A stretch of 32,000 nt of DNA. It comes from an uncultured Candidatus Saccharibacteria bacterium (GTDB lineage Bacteria; Patescibacteriota; UBA1384; XYA2-FULL-43-10; 1-14-0-10-43-13). Numbering within the stretch: the stretch's first letter is position 1; each line of letters starts with the position of its first letter. The DNA lies in assembly GCA_964543385.1 (NCBI GenBank), contig CAZIYE010000001.1:510001-542000 (forward strand). Direction: 5' to 3'. Below are positions 31,959 to 32,000 of this stretch, piece after piece. Below the pieces are notes generated by a model. The model was not told the DNA's origin, did not search any database, and saw nothing but the letters and a program-made list of their open reading frames with translations. Made by a program: the position numbers and the translations under genes.

Positions 31959-32000
31959 AACAATTTGGAAATAAAATTTGGTGGTTGATCTTAATATATC
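31955..32000 (+). CDS. Start of a further ORF (partial; hydrophobic N-terminus)
   Basis: The ATG at 31955 overlaps the upstream stop (ATGA). It reads MKQFGNKIWWLILIY to the window edge. Too short to judge. Confidence 0.3.
   Translation, partial: MKQFGNKIWWLILIY

Noticed and set aside
1-32000. Alternative genetic code (UGA recoding, as in some candidate phyla) or CRISPR arrays
   Set aside because: Long conserved genes read through cleanly with the standard bacterial code, and several end at TGA exactly where homologues end (for example xerC and the 905-aa GT). No spaced direct repeats of CRISPR size are present. The heptamer arrays are contiguous and unspaced.

Overview
AT-rich, tightly packed bacterial window with about 33 protein genes. 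I found no rRNA, tRNA or CRISPR array. Gene content and style suggest a small-genome, Candidate-Phyla-Radiation-like monoderm: two 23S-IVS-type four-helix-bundle genes, FemAB plus a Mur ligase, TsaD with lineage-specific insertions, and many ATGA/TGATG start-stop overlaps. That taxonomic call is inference only. Bases 1-13.8 kb carry envelope and housekeeping genes. These are a large surface protein running off the left edge (missing from the ORF track), a TPR protein, uppP, a PAP2 phosphatase, a four-helix-bundle gene, xerC-type recombinase, an N-terminally minimal MurE-like ligase, FemAB, tsaD, DedA, a Phd-domain protein with a long Pro/Thr tail, a second four-helix-bundle gene, GtrA, and a membrane protein ending in a CBM4/9-like domain. 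Bases 13.9-32 kb are one large glycan locus. It holds a Wzm/Wzt-type ABC exporter, a three-domain and a two-domain glycosyltransferase fusion, several GT4 enzymes, a three-gene UDP-6-deoxy-L-HexNAc pathway, and a polyprenol-phosphate-sugar module (GT2 + DUF2304 + two GT-C-like membrane proteins). The most unusual signal is a dispersed family of 7-nt periodic repeat arrays (CTNNACT / AGTNNAG). They bracket the first four-helix-bundle gene in inverted orientation and also sit in frame inside the FemAB-like gene and tsaD. A different heptamer array overlaps the gtrA start and carries ATGs in all three frames. Functional interpretations of these repeats are hypotheses that need comparative and read-level checks.
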